From Lytechinus pictus (taxonomy: Eukaryota), in NCBI RefSeq assembly GCF_037042905.1, contig NC_087252.1, positions 18,788,001 to 18,852,000 on the forward strand: a stretch of DNA of 64,000 nt. Reading direction: 5' to 3'. A model generated the notes under the pieces. The model was not told where the DNA came from. It saw only the letters and a program-made list of their open reading frames with translations, and did not search any database. The translations under genes and the position numbers were made by a program. Shown here in pieces: positions 37,658 to 49,410 of the stretch (position 1 is the stretch's first letter; each line of letters starts with the position of its first letter).

Positions 37658-38090
37658 GGAACGCGGACGTCTATCTTGCTGCAGCTGCATTCAAGCTCCA
37701 CAGCGAGGAAAATCTGTCTACAGGAATCCGCATAAACAGAACGAAGAGATTTCCTTCAAACATGGCAACCACTGCATCTGAACATTGACAAGACCTGGGA
37801 AGTGGAAAAACTGTGAAGTCAAGTAATCTGTCTATCATACATAATTTCTCCACAAATTATTTTCGAAGAAATCTCAGTTTTAAATGCCGAACTATTATAT
37901 TGAACTGGTCAAAACTGTTGAAATCATGAACAGATCAATATAAAAATGTTCAGGTCATTATAATATATTATCTTTTTCAGGATTTCTGAATTACTCTATT
38001 CGAAATTCGATGAATTGCCAACATGTAATTCTACCAATGTTTCCATTTGCAGTTCAATTTTACTTTATATTCTATACATGGGATCACAAA
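37658..38090 (+). repeat. Diverged tandem duplicate of the ORF1 3' end and downstream sequence (source about 37111-37645)
   Basis: ggaacgcggacg...gctgcagctgcattcaagctcc...gaatccgcataaac...ttccttcaaac occurs twice; the second copy is frameshifted. Confidence 0.85.
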
Positions 38091-40668
38091 TTGTCATGAT
38101 TTAAGTATTCAATGATGCAGTTTATATGTTTTTTTTTTTCAACTATGAGTTGTGTTAATATTTGTTGATCATTCCAATTGACATTCTATGCATGGTCATT
38201 TGTTTTCATTTTTTTTATATTTATTTTGTTTCATTTGTTTCCATATGTGTTCAAATACGTCGTGTTAATGCCATTGTTAATGCATGTATCCTAGATATCT
38301 TGAAAAGGTTTTGCTTTCCCCGTATTTAGGCAAAAATAAGATTATTATTTGGTTGTTGTCCTCAACCGACCGACCCTCTGAAAATGGAACTATGAAATAT
38401 AGCTTTAAAAAACTACTTTGGAAGGTTTTTGACAGTTATTTCTGCCACCCCCCCCCCCAAAAAAAAAGGTTTAAAAATAATAAATATTTTACGAAATTAA
38501 TTTTTTTCCGACCAAAAATTGCAAATCATTCTCAAATAAAAACCTTTTTTCCGACTAAAAATTCCACTCATTGGACAACCAAAAAATTGTTCTTATTTCG
38601 ATTAATTTCGTTGTTTGTTTATTTTCAGTTCATGCAAACAAGGTTCCTCGGTTGAACTCTTTTCGCAAAATGAAATTTTAATAAAGATTTGCCGACCTTT
38701 GCGGCATACTTTATTTTAGATCCAAAATGTTCTATTACGCTCTTCCTGAATTGATGACGGGTGAAGGAATTGATCTTGTCATTGTTTGCATGTGCAAACC
38801 TTTTGATCAGCTTTTCACTGCTCGCAGTGAAAATACTCAAGCTGAATACAAATACTCAAGCAATGACCGTTTGTTAATTCATCCTTTTGGCCTGTTCAAG
38901 GTCTAATGATGAGGTCGTACTGAATTATTCTTTCGTTTTTGTTTTTCTCTTCCCACACGTGCTATTACGTAACATTCATTCTCGTTGCATAGAATGACTT
39001 CGTAAGTGGTATGCGTTTTGTTGTGCATTTGTTTATTTTGATTAGTTTAATTCTTTGTATGTGTCTGTTACGTTTGTGAATATCCCTTTATTATGGCATG
39101 CTCATATACACAGATTTGCTAGGCATTGTGGAACATTTAATGCAATTTATTCTCATGTAGGTACGGTTCTTCTTAAATTGATGGCTAGGCAAAGGAGTCT
39201 GGCTGCACTTCATGATTTCTTACGATTAAAACTCTTTTGTTTGGCTCTTCGGCTCGTCGTATTTTATTTTTATTCTCATGAGTGTTCCGGAATGGTTGGC
39301 ATCTCCGGTGCAAACGATCAGGGAGACAAAATTGAATACCTTACTGATTTACCAAGGCAATGACCGTTACCTTACCTTTTGATAATTCATGTTCTATCAC
39401 AGCTCTAATGACAAGCTTCATAAATGTTGGCAAGTATTCATTATATCGCCACGCCTACTTAATGAAGTATAATTATTGATGTATTTACTCCTATACTCTG
39501 AAAGATGTATGAACCTCCCTATATGCATCTATGTATTTGTATTTTTTTATTTGTTCGCTTATTTATTTATTTCCATCTATTTTCATTTCTTCGTGGCATG
39601 CTAAATGCATCTGTTGTATGGCAGATATGTTGGCCATTACGGAATACTTAATTAGATTTTCATCTAGGTCGCACAAATTAAATGTATTCGTCCTTTATGG
39701 ATGGCGTAATTGTTTTTTTTTTTAATTTTTTATTTGTTTTATAATTCCGATGATTAGTCACTTTTCTATTTCAGTTATTATATGAGCCATGCTTTTGCAC
39801 TAATTTGATTGAAAAAAAACCCACAAAAATATAAATTTAGCGGGTTGCGTTCTCTTAAGACACTCAGTTTTACTTAGCTGTTTGAAATTATCTTAACCAT
39901 CCTTATCCTTTTTTTTTCTGTTGATTTCTTTTATAAACAAATCTCGTTTTCAATAAAAAAAAAATAGAAGAAAACTATCTTTAACAGATCAAATCATTCT
40001 TAGATATTTTTTTTTCGACAGTTCTTAGTTATCGTGATCATTTTTCCAATAATTGTTTGCATGTTATAAAAAAATTAACTTTGTTCTTGTTCTGTTCTTA
40101 TGTTCGTAAGAGTCAGTTGATATGAGTATATTGATATTGTATATATTGTAGTTAGTGCAAAGTTGTCATATAATTGTTTCACTATGACGTTGAAGAAGAT
40201 ACAATTTTGTTTTTCCCCTTTCACTTGCAATCTCCTCTCTCTCTCCCCTTCCTTTGTTTCCTACATTAAGTATTAATTCATAATGTGTTTCCTTTACATC
40301 AACAAAAATCTCAATTTTTTTTTCTATCTGCTTTATTGAAAATCTATTTCTTAAACTTTGTTTACTACCAGGGAGCTCAAATTTCGTGTTTTTTGTAATG
40401 ATGTATTACGATTTCTCATACCTGAGTCATGTGTTTTTCAATCCTGCGAAGATTTTTTTTAATTCATATGTTTTTGTAAATGTTATGTGTTTGTATTTCG
40501 TTTGTATCTGTTCACATTTACATGTTTTGTTTCGTCTTACCTTTTTCTTTCATACCCTCGCCGGAATAGTAGGTTTATACTCTGAATCACCTCTCCAGGA
40601 TACTGTGCTTTATCATATTTATTGTATTTTCTACCCGTCACAAAACGCTCGTATTATCAATGGTTTAA

Positions 40669-43653
40669 ATGGATACATTACATAATCATTTAGCGTTTAA
40701 TTCTCTTCCAGATGATCGATACGACGATGCTATAGCCAATTCCTTAACTGAGTATATTTCTAACGAGCAATTTAAAAACATTTTGTGCAATAATAACGAT
40801 AAAAATACATTTTCTTTATTTCATTTGAATATTAGAAGCATTAATAGACACTTTGATGATTTTCAATTGCTCTTAGATAATTCATCTCAATGTCTTCCCT
40901 CTGTAATTGGGCTCACTGAGACTTGGTTGTCCACGAATCCTAACCCACCTTTTGCCTTATATGAACACGATTTTATTTTCAATAGTCGGATAGAAAAGTC
41001 TGGGGGCGGTGTTGGCCTATACGTTTCAAAAAAATATTCTTTCAATATTTGCAAGGATGTTACTATAATGAATGATATCTTAGAATCCCTTTTTATTGAA
41101 ATCCAATTGCCAGGCCGGAGAAATATGATAATTGGTGTAATTTACCGCCCTCCAAATAGCAATAACATTGACTTCCTGTCATCCCTCAGGAATATTTTGC
41201 ATAATCCAGTAATGAATAATAAAGATTGTTGTATAATGGGCGACTTCAATATCAACTTACTAAAATATAATAATGAAAGTTCATGTCATGATTTTTTAGA
41301 AACATTTTTATCAAATTCATTCTTTCCTCTTGTTACTAAGCCAACTCGTGTCACTAATGTATCGGCAACATTGATTGATAATATATTCAGTAACATTATT
41401 CCGCATCCCAATTCATATGTCATACTGTCTGATATATCTGATCATTACCCAATTTTCTCTCAGTTTACTCTTTCTAATTTAGGTAGTGGTGGACAGCCTC
41501 CCAAATTAAGACGTCAAGCTTCCCCTGAAAACATAGCTAGACTTGGAGCGAGTTTAGAGCACGTAGACTGGTCAAATGTCTACAACACTGATAATGTTAA
41601 TAGTTCGTACAACATATTTTTAGATGTTCTGAATAAAGAACTAGATGCGTGTATTCCCCTTCAAAAATGTCAAGCAAATTATAAAATTACTCCTAGACTT
41701 CCCTGGATATCGAAATCTCTTTTAAAGTGTATAAATAAAAAGAATAAATTGTACTACAAATACAAATCCGAATTTACAGATAGAACAAAACAAAAATATA
41801 CTTCATATAAGAATGCTTTAACCAGAATTTTGCGTTTTGAAAAGAAGAAATATTTTACAAGTCGCTTAGAGTTGTATAAACGCGACATGCAGAATACCTG
41901 GAAAGTCCTCAAACAAGCTATGAATTTAACCAAAAACAAAAATGAAATTACTAAGATAAAAAGAGATAATGATGTAATCGATAATCCCAACCTAATTGCT
42001 AACCTGTTTAATACACATTTTTCCTTAATTGGTGAGAAGTTAGCACAAAAAATACCTACATCAAATAAATCTTTTAGAGATTTTTTAAATCCTCCAAATT
42101 CAAGCTCTATTTTCTTTGTTCCAACTCACAGGAATGAGGTAATGGATATTGTTTCTCATTTAAATAACAAAAAGAGTTCTGGTTTTGATAGTATCAACAA
42201 TGTTATATTAAAGGGGATAATACCTTTTATTGTTGATCCACTCGTACATATATTTAATTTGTCTTTTTTAGATGGGATAGTGCCAAATACGATGAAGATA
42301 GCAAAGGTCGTTCCATTGTTTAAAAAAGGCGACAATCAAGATGTGAACAATTATCGCCCTATATCTTTATTGTCATCCCTCTCAAAAGTTTTAGAAAAAT
42401 TGATATATAAAAGAACAATTGCTTTTTTAAAAGATCATGATATTTTTTGTGATAATCAATATGGGTTTAGAGCAAAACATAGTACAAATCATGCGTTATT
42501 ATCACTTGTTGAAAAGGTAGCCCATGCTCTCGATTCATCTTATCATATGGTTGGAATACTCCTGGACTTCTCCAAGGCCTTCGACACTATCAACCACAAT
42601 ATTTTACTTCATAAACTTTCACATTATGGTATACGTGGGAAGGCTTTGGAGTGGTTCAGGAGTTATCTTTCCAATAGAAAACAATATATTTTTCTGAATG
42701 GCTGTTCCTCTGAATTGCGGGATATTACTTGTGGTGTCCCTCAAGGGAGTTTGTTAGGCCCTCTATTGTTTATTATCTATATCAACGATTTTTATAGATC
42801 ATCAGATATGGCATCTTTTATATTATTTGCTGACGATACAAACTTGTTTTTCTCTCATTCAAATCCAAACACCCTTGTTGAAATTGTGAATACTGAACTA
42901 AAAAACATTACTCAGTGGATTCGAGCAAATAGATTATCTCTAAATTTAGAAAAGACCAAATATATCCTTTTTAGTAATTCAATTGATGCCTTACCAGCTG
43001 ATATAGTTTTTGATGACACTCCCTTAGAAAAGGTATTATATTCTAAGTTTCTTGGTGTAATAATTGACAATAAGCTTTCATGGAAGATTCATATCGATAA
43101 TATTTCTAAAAAGATTTCACGCAACATAGGTATACTAAATAGAATAAAGATCCAACTTCCACCTTCTGCCTTACTAACATTATATTTTTCTCTAACATTA
43201 CCGTATTTGAATTACGGCTTACTTGCTTGGGGCAACGCTCACCAAACTATCTTAGACAAACTTTTATTGTTGCAAAAAAGAGCGGTTAGAATTATTAATC
43301 AAGTAGATTTTCGTGCTCATACTGATCCATTTTTCTATGATAGTAGTATTCTGAAAGTAAAAGATTTATATCTGCTTCAATTAGGTCAATTTATGTTTAA
43401 GTATACTAACGATTTGTTGCCAAATTCTTTCGATAATATGTTTTTAAGAAATCGCGCAATTCATTATTACCCAACGAGACGATCAGAAGAGTTTCATTTG
43501 CCTTTGCTTAGAACTCTCTTCGCTAAAAATACGTTTATATATGAAGGTCCAAACCTCTGGAATTCTTTTTCTGATTACTTAAAAAATTCTCCTTCTTTAT
43601 ATGTATTTAAAAAAAGATTGAAATTATCGTTACTCTTAAAATACAAAGATTAA
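40669..43653 (+). CDS. LINE ORF2p: apurinic-like endonuclease plus reverse transcriptase, 994 aa, intact
   Basis: HLNIRS, LTETWL, GGGVGLY, IYRPP, MGDFNI, LIDNIF, SDHYPI (APE); NYRPISLL, QYGFR, LDFSKAFD, GVPQGSLLGPLLF, LFADDT, KFLGV (RT). Confidence 0.97.
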   Translation: MDTLHNHLAFNSLPDDRYDDAIANSLTEYISNEQFKNILCNNNDKNTFSLFHLNIRSINRHFDDFQLLLDNSSQCLPSVIGLTETWLSTNPNPPFALYEHDFIFNSRIEKSGGGVGLYVSKKYSFNICKDVTIMNDILESLFIEIQLPGRRNMIIGVIYRPPNSNNIDFLSSLRNILHNPVMNNKDCCIMGDFNINLLKYNNESSCHDFLETFLSNSFFPLVTKPTRVTNVSATLIDNIFSNIIPHPNSYVILSDISDHYPIFSQFTLSNLGSGGQPPKLRRQASPENIARLGASLEHVDWSNVYNTDNVNSSYNIFLDVLNKELDACIPLQKCQANYKITPRLPWISKSLLKCINKKNKLYYKYKSEFTDRTKQKYTSYKNALTRILRFEKKKYFTSRLELYKRDMQNTWKVLKQAMNLTKNKNEITKIKRDNDVIDNPNLIANLFNTHFSLIGEKLAQKIPTSNKSFRDFLNPPNSSSIFFVPTHRNEVMDIVSHLNNKKSSGFDSINNVILKGIIPFIVDPLVHIFNLSFLDGIVPNTMKIAKVVPLFKKGDNQDVNNYRPISLLSSLSKVLEKLIYKRTIAFLKDHDIFCDNQYGFRAKHSTNHALLSLVEKVAHALDSSYHMVGILLDFSKAFDTINHNILLHKLSHYGIRGKALEWFRSYLSNRKQYIFLNGCSSELRDITCGVPQGSLLGPLLFIIYINDFYRSSDMASFILFADDTNLFFSHSNPNTLVEIVNTELKNITQWIRANRLSLNLEKTKYILFSNSIDALPADIVFDDTPLEKVLYSKFLGVIIDNKLSWKIHIDNISKKISRNIGILNRIKIQLPPSALLTLYFSLTLPYLNYGLLAWGNAHQTILDKLLLLQKRAVRIINQVDFRAHTDPFFYDSSILKVKDLYLLQLGQFMFKYTNDLLPNSFDNMFLRNRAIHYYPTRRSEEFHLPLLRTLFAKNTFIYEGPNLWNSFSDYLKNSPSLYVFKKRLKLSLLLKYKD

Positions 43654-45489
43654 GTTATTGTTCCTGCTACGCGCGCACCCATACATTATCTGTCCTGATC
43701 ATCTGAATGATTTTGCATTATCACTCTTGCTTTCTTTTATTATTTATTCCATACGCGCAGTGTTACCTTATTTAAATATTTAAATTTTAAAATGTTTTAT
43801 CTGATGCTATGACAATTTTGTTTCGACAGTAATTCTTCAGGGTATGAAATATTTAATTTTCGTTTAAGTTTTGTGCTATAATTTTTTGTTCTTGTTATAT
43901 GTTTGTGTTTTGTAATTTTGTCTGTCCCATATTCTATTTTACATGTCCGTCTTCGCAGGATTATAGTTACTATAGCATAATAATTGCTATTATAAATATT
44001 GTCACCGTTATCATTATTTTTTTTTCTTTTTTTACAAAATCAAGTATTTTCCAACCAACAAATTTGTTTTTATTTTTTGTTAATGTTGTATAAATAAAAA
44101 ATGTTATTTCACTGGGTCCTAAGCAATACAAGCTTTGCTTTTAATTTAGGTTCCCCCACTTTTGTTATCTTTTTTGACAAATTACTGTTAATTTTTCGAT
44201 TTTGTGTAACTATTTCTTGATTGATATGTATTATTGTCATATATGATTTGTTATTGTAAACGAAAGTGGAAAAATAAATTCAAATCAAATCAAATCAAAT
44301 CTGAATCATTGTTATCGTCGCGTCTCTAAGGTGCTCAGTCCCAGCCATGTACTTTTGTGTGCGTTCATATCTATGAGCAGTGCAGTGCAGTGCGAGACGC
44401 AATTAGCGTACACTACACAGGCAAGGTAGGCGTGATTGAAATGAAAGGCCGATACTAGTTATGCCAGGCAGTGATTTTGAGTGATTCTCGATTTCGTGTG
44501 ATTCTCATGAAATTTTTGTTGTCTACGATACCCCTGCCAACACAATCTACTGTGCATCTAATTTTGTCTAAAGACTAAAGCAAGGCCAAGGCAAGGCCAG
44601 GACTCCTGGCAGGATAGCAGCAATACAAATAAATTTTTTTTTTTAACACTAACGTTACAAATACAGAGCCGGTATAGACATTCTACTCTGGGCTGGCTTT
44701 GCCTTGGCTTAAATAGATGGTCAAGCTATGAAGCTTACCTGGTAGCCATGTTAGAGTTAGTCCTACAACATCGTTGGAGTAAACAAAAATATTATAATAA
44801 GGGTCACCTCTAAGACTAAGGCTAAGCCCTGATTAAATTATTTTTGGAAAAAAAAAAATTGTGTTCCACTCACCGCTGTTTACTCCAACAGCAATAAATG
44901 AGCTGATTTTACTTTTACTAAAACTAAGTTTTACTGACCTTCGGCATCGCATTTGCGATCACTTATAGATTTACGGTGTCGTCAAAACATTAAAAAATAA
45001 TGAAAATCCTAGGCCTAATTAACAATCTGAGTAGATCTAACTGAGGTCTAACTTTGAAAATTCTCTCTTTTGGGGGTTATTTTCTCTACCCCACCCTCTT
45101 TGTTTCAAGTATTTTTTTTTCACAAGGTGTCCTTCAAAAGTTAAATTCACATGAGACAACAGACAAGTGCATTTGATCTTTAGTCCTCTACATTTGTAGT
45201 AGACCGATAAATAGGTTTATTTCTGTCAGGGATATGCTCCCCTGATACTTCATGTGGCTCCGCAGCATCCCCTCCCACCAAAAAAAAAATCAGAAAATGT
45301 TACAATACTCCTCTGAAACAGCGGATTTTATCAATCTACATTTGTAGCTGCTTTATTATTTTTTTTTATATACTTTGACATTGCAGTATGATTGATGAAT
45401 AAATATTTTTTTCATTATTTTTTTTTCTTCCATATCAGCAACAGACCATACATACTCGGCAGATTGTGATCAATCAAGACAAGGCAAAC

Positions 45490-47666
45490 ATGGCTCACAA
45501 TTTTGAACTGCTGTGCCGTCTTGCAAGAGAGTGAGGTATGCCTTATCAATTCATATTTAAAAAAAATTAAATGTCATTAAAATTGCCTTTTTGAATAAAA
45601 TATTATTTCCGGGATTTGAATACATCATGTAATTGTAAATGTATCATGTGACATATATGTTACTTTTTCATTCTTGTCATAGTAATTGACATTGTCAGTC
45701 TGATGAATGCCGGGGGGGGGGTAAAAAAAAGGTTTAATGATACTGTGATGAAGATTCATGAAAATATGTTATTCGAAAGTCACTCGCAAGCAATAACCTC
45801 TATTTGTGTAAACAAAGTTCCATAAAATTAGTGCCTTGTCTTCATTATTAAAGCCAATTGAAAGTGATTCACTTAATCAGTTTTCATAAAAGCATCTCTA
45901 AGACGTGCATGGTTTTATCAATGATGATGATCAGCAACAATTGGCAGGTTTTTTTTCTTCACTTTTACAAGTAGGTAAATAGAAAAGCTACTCATGTCAA
46001 TTAGAATTTTCATCCTATGTTTTTTTAAGGATTTCTGTATAATCTTTCACATTCTGTTCCTCATTTTAAACACTTTTGAATTAAATGAAATTCAAAGAGT
46101 AAATTGCCCGTTCATGGTGACTCTTCAACACAATCAACCAACTTTCAACATCTTTCCATGCAGATTCAGCAACACATAGAAAGACCACAGCATGGATTAA
46201 GAGACAGGAAGAATCCATTTGAATACTACGAGGGTGAACCTCTCAGAGTGGTGTACCAACAGAGAGGACCACACATTGCCTGTCATGTTACAGGTTTTGA
46301 CAGGACTTTTTATGCCATTGGTGAGTTTTCATGTGCGAACTATAAAGCAGAAGGTAATTGGGGGGGGGGGGGTCAAATTATGTTCTATGAAAGTGATTCT
46401 CCAGGCCAAAAATAATGAGATTTCGATAAAGAACTAGCAAAAACCATCAATATTGGATGGAGAATTATGAATTGATTCAGTTTTAAAGTTTTACATTACT
46501 TGGGGGAAACAGTTCTGTGTATCTCATATGCAATATTCATATCCCCACTTGTTCTCTAGTGATCTGAAATTATAATCATTAATTTTTTTCCTCCAGGAAT
46601 GTAAAAATTGGGTTGACTGCTGATTATATATTTAAGATAGTTATTGCGAGTTCAGAATAATGTAAGGATCAAGGATTGGAAGTATCTAGTCATGAAAATT
46701 AAGTTTTATGTTTTGCTTAGCATGCAGATTTTCCATCGAGTAATTGTCGCCAGAGCAAATATCATGGAACCCTTGTACATCCATGTGTGGAAAATGTGTG
46801 GATGTGACATCATCAGGCTACTTCTTCCATATTCATGATAACATGTACATGTTTTACAGAAATAATTAATGCAAAACCTAATATTCATTATTAATCATCC
46901 AAATTGTATGATTTTTGTTTCTGCTTTCAGCCAGGAGAACTAGTAACCCCTTACATGGGAGGGGGAGTGTTGGGGGTATTTCACAGAAAGGTTTTTTCGG
47001 AATGAAACATGTAACCCTTTGGGTTGGAAATAGGTGGGGATTTTATTTTTCTCTCATTTTTTACAATGTAGCAACATTTTTTAATACAAATATGTCATAT
47101 TCAAGTGGGAAATTATCATGAAGGATGATTTATAACCACCCAAAAAGAAATATTGGTATGTCATTTCAGCTAGAGAGATATTCTCCATTTTGCATGGATA
47201 GTTATTGCAGTCGAGTTTTTTTTTATGAATCTAAGAAAAATCTCTTTAAGCAGTTCCAGTGCATGATAAACATCAGGTCATAACAGGAGCACAATGTTTG
47301 CAAACGTAAATGGTAAAGTACCAATTGGCTTTCATATCAATAAACCAATTACATAACATCACTTATCATTCGATAACTAAAGGTACCTTTTAGAAGATGT
47401 AAGCAGACGAAGGAACTATATCACAGTCATCCGTGTGCAGAATCATCAAAGATTTTTCTGAGGCAATAGCAAGGAGTAATAGTTAATGAAGTTTCCAATG
47501 ACAAGAAATTCAAACCACCCAGCGACAATTTGATGATTGCTACAGGTTTCCAAGAGTCATAGGTGCTATCGATTGGGGCCAATCCGGGCCATGTCTACAT
47601 CAGGAGTCCTGATGGGGAACAAGCCCTGTACTTAGCAGGAAGAACAGGTCTTCTGTAAATGTATAG
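45490..47666 (+). pseudogene. Spliced Harbinger (HARBI1-like DDE) transposase pseudogene, 5' exons
   Basis: Exon 46164-46320 (LRDRKNPFEYY...LQVLTG-FYAI-G) joins in phase to exon 47383-47666 (G-TF*...ISQSSVCRII...FPRVIGAID...HVYIRSP...RKNRSSVNV*). Canonical AG/GT boundaries. Probable ATG exon at 45490. Stops and frameshifts present. Confidence 0.8.
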
Positions 47667-48954
47667 GTTGGTATACTCAATCAGTTTTCAATGTGATATT
47701 CTCTGTATTCAACACCTACTAGAGGTATGTGATAATGAAGAAAAAATATATTGGCCCCTACTACATGTCTTTTACTGTCTTTTATCAAGTTTCAATCTTG
47801 TTGTTGGTCAAATTTTTTTGTAATTTTAAACTCTTAATATGTGAAATAAGACAATTTTAAAGATTTCACTGAAGAAAAAAAAATAGATAATCTGCTAACT
47901 TTCCTATTGCAGGAGAAATGAAAAATATAAAAAATGCATTTTGCTTATTCAGGTAAAGGAGGTATTAATTGCTTGATCAATGAAGATATATTTCCAGAAA
48001 GAATACCAAAGAGAACATTTTCTAATATTCATTTTGTTTTGATCCTTATTGCAGGTATCAGTTGCTCCCCTCTTTGATGAATTCCTGCCTGCATTATGTT
48101 GTCAATAGAAAAGGACGGTGTGCTACGGGTATTAAGCATTCAATTGGATTATCTGTGCATGAAAGTGGACACTTGTGATAAAAAATATGGTAGCTTGGTT
48201 GATAGGATGTATTCATGCATTCTGATTTATCATTAGTGATCAAATGACCATCTTGCTTTTTAAAACCCAAATTCACAACATTTTTCTTGTTTGACAAAAG
48301 GTTTGGGACGTGAATTCCAGGATATAAATGACACATGTGATGGGCTAATGTATAAGCAGGGACACGAGAGGTATAAGCAACATTTTTTTTGCTTAATTAA
48401 GTTTGGCATGAGATGGACTTGGTCTTTTTTATGATTCAAGTCTATTTTATACCAATTTTGTTTTAATCAACAATCAATGTTTTAAGTCTCATGATTTCAA
48501 TTTCAAAACCTTTTTGTTAATTAAACAGTCATTTTTCTTAGCATATGCATCTTCTTAATTTATCAAATTTAAATTATAAAATATCATTTTTGCTGAATAT
48601 CCTTTTTTTCACCTATTTTCATAGGCCCTAAGATACATTTCTGCAGTAAGCACTATAAATACATTGCAAGCTATTATCATTTGTTTGATATTACTATTTT
48701 ATAGAATCATCTTTTAATTTCTTTCAGAAAGGTATTTGACAAATCACTTGTGATATCCATGCTTTAGCTGTAGAGTTTAAAATCTACATTAAACTTTATT
48801 TAATCCGTTGTTTATCTATTTTCATTCAGAGTTTCTGAAAACGTAAACATATCATTCGCATCATTATGTAAAGAATTTCAATCTACCTTAAAAAGTAATG
48901 CACTAAATAAACTGCTCTGTCTACTACACATGTACATATAAGTTTTGATTTTAA

Positions 48955-49410
48955 AGGTCAAGTCCTCCCCAGAAAAAAATTCGATTTGAATTAATAGAAA
49001 AATAATCAACCAAGCATAATGCTGAAAATTTCATCAAAATCCGCGTCGGTTGTAAGATAGGAACGTTATGACATTTTTAAGTTTGGCTTTTTTTTCTTCA
49101 CAACACAGTTATATGCACAGATCAGTGACATGCAAATGAGACAGTCAATGATGTCCACATGTTCGGGGGGGGGGGCTAATCTTGGTCTCACTTGACAATG
49201 AAGAGAAAATTTGAATATTTCATCTCGTAGAATAAAAATAAATAGTTTGCATGCCGACTGGGATGTACATATAAGTTTGTAGTCAAGCAAAACTTTAAAA
49301 ATGTCATAACTTCATATCTTTACATCAGATTTTGATGACATTTTCAGTGTTACGCTTGTTGTGTTTTTATCTTTTTATTCAAATCAACTTTGTGGGGGTG
49401 GACTTGTCCT
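48955..49410. mobile_element. Kolobok-like non-autonomous element
   Basis: TTAA|AGGTCAAGTCCtCCCC...GGGGTGGACTTGtCCT|TTTA. Confidence 0.75.

Larger units (their letters stand above)
36086..44301 (+). mobile_element. Apparently full-length LINE (L2/CR1 group, Crack/Daphne-like) nested in the Harbinger element
   Basis: ORF1, 3.4-kb spacer, intact APE-RT ORF2, 3' UTR, AATAAA and (CAAAT)n tail at about 44273-44301. Whether both ORFs belong to one element is not proven. Confidence 0.75.

Noticed and set aside
38900..38925. C/D-box or hammerhead-like ATGATGA...CTGA
   Set aside because: The boxes are too close for a snoRNA and there is no CUGANGA/GAAA stem architecture.
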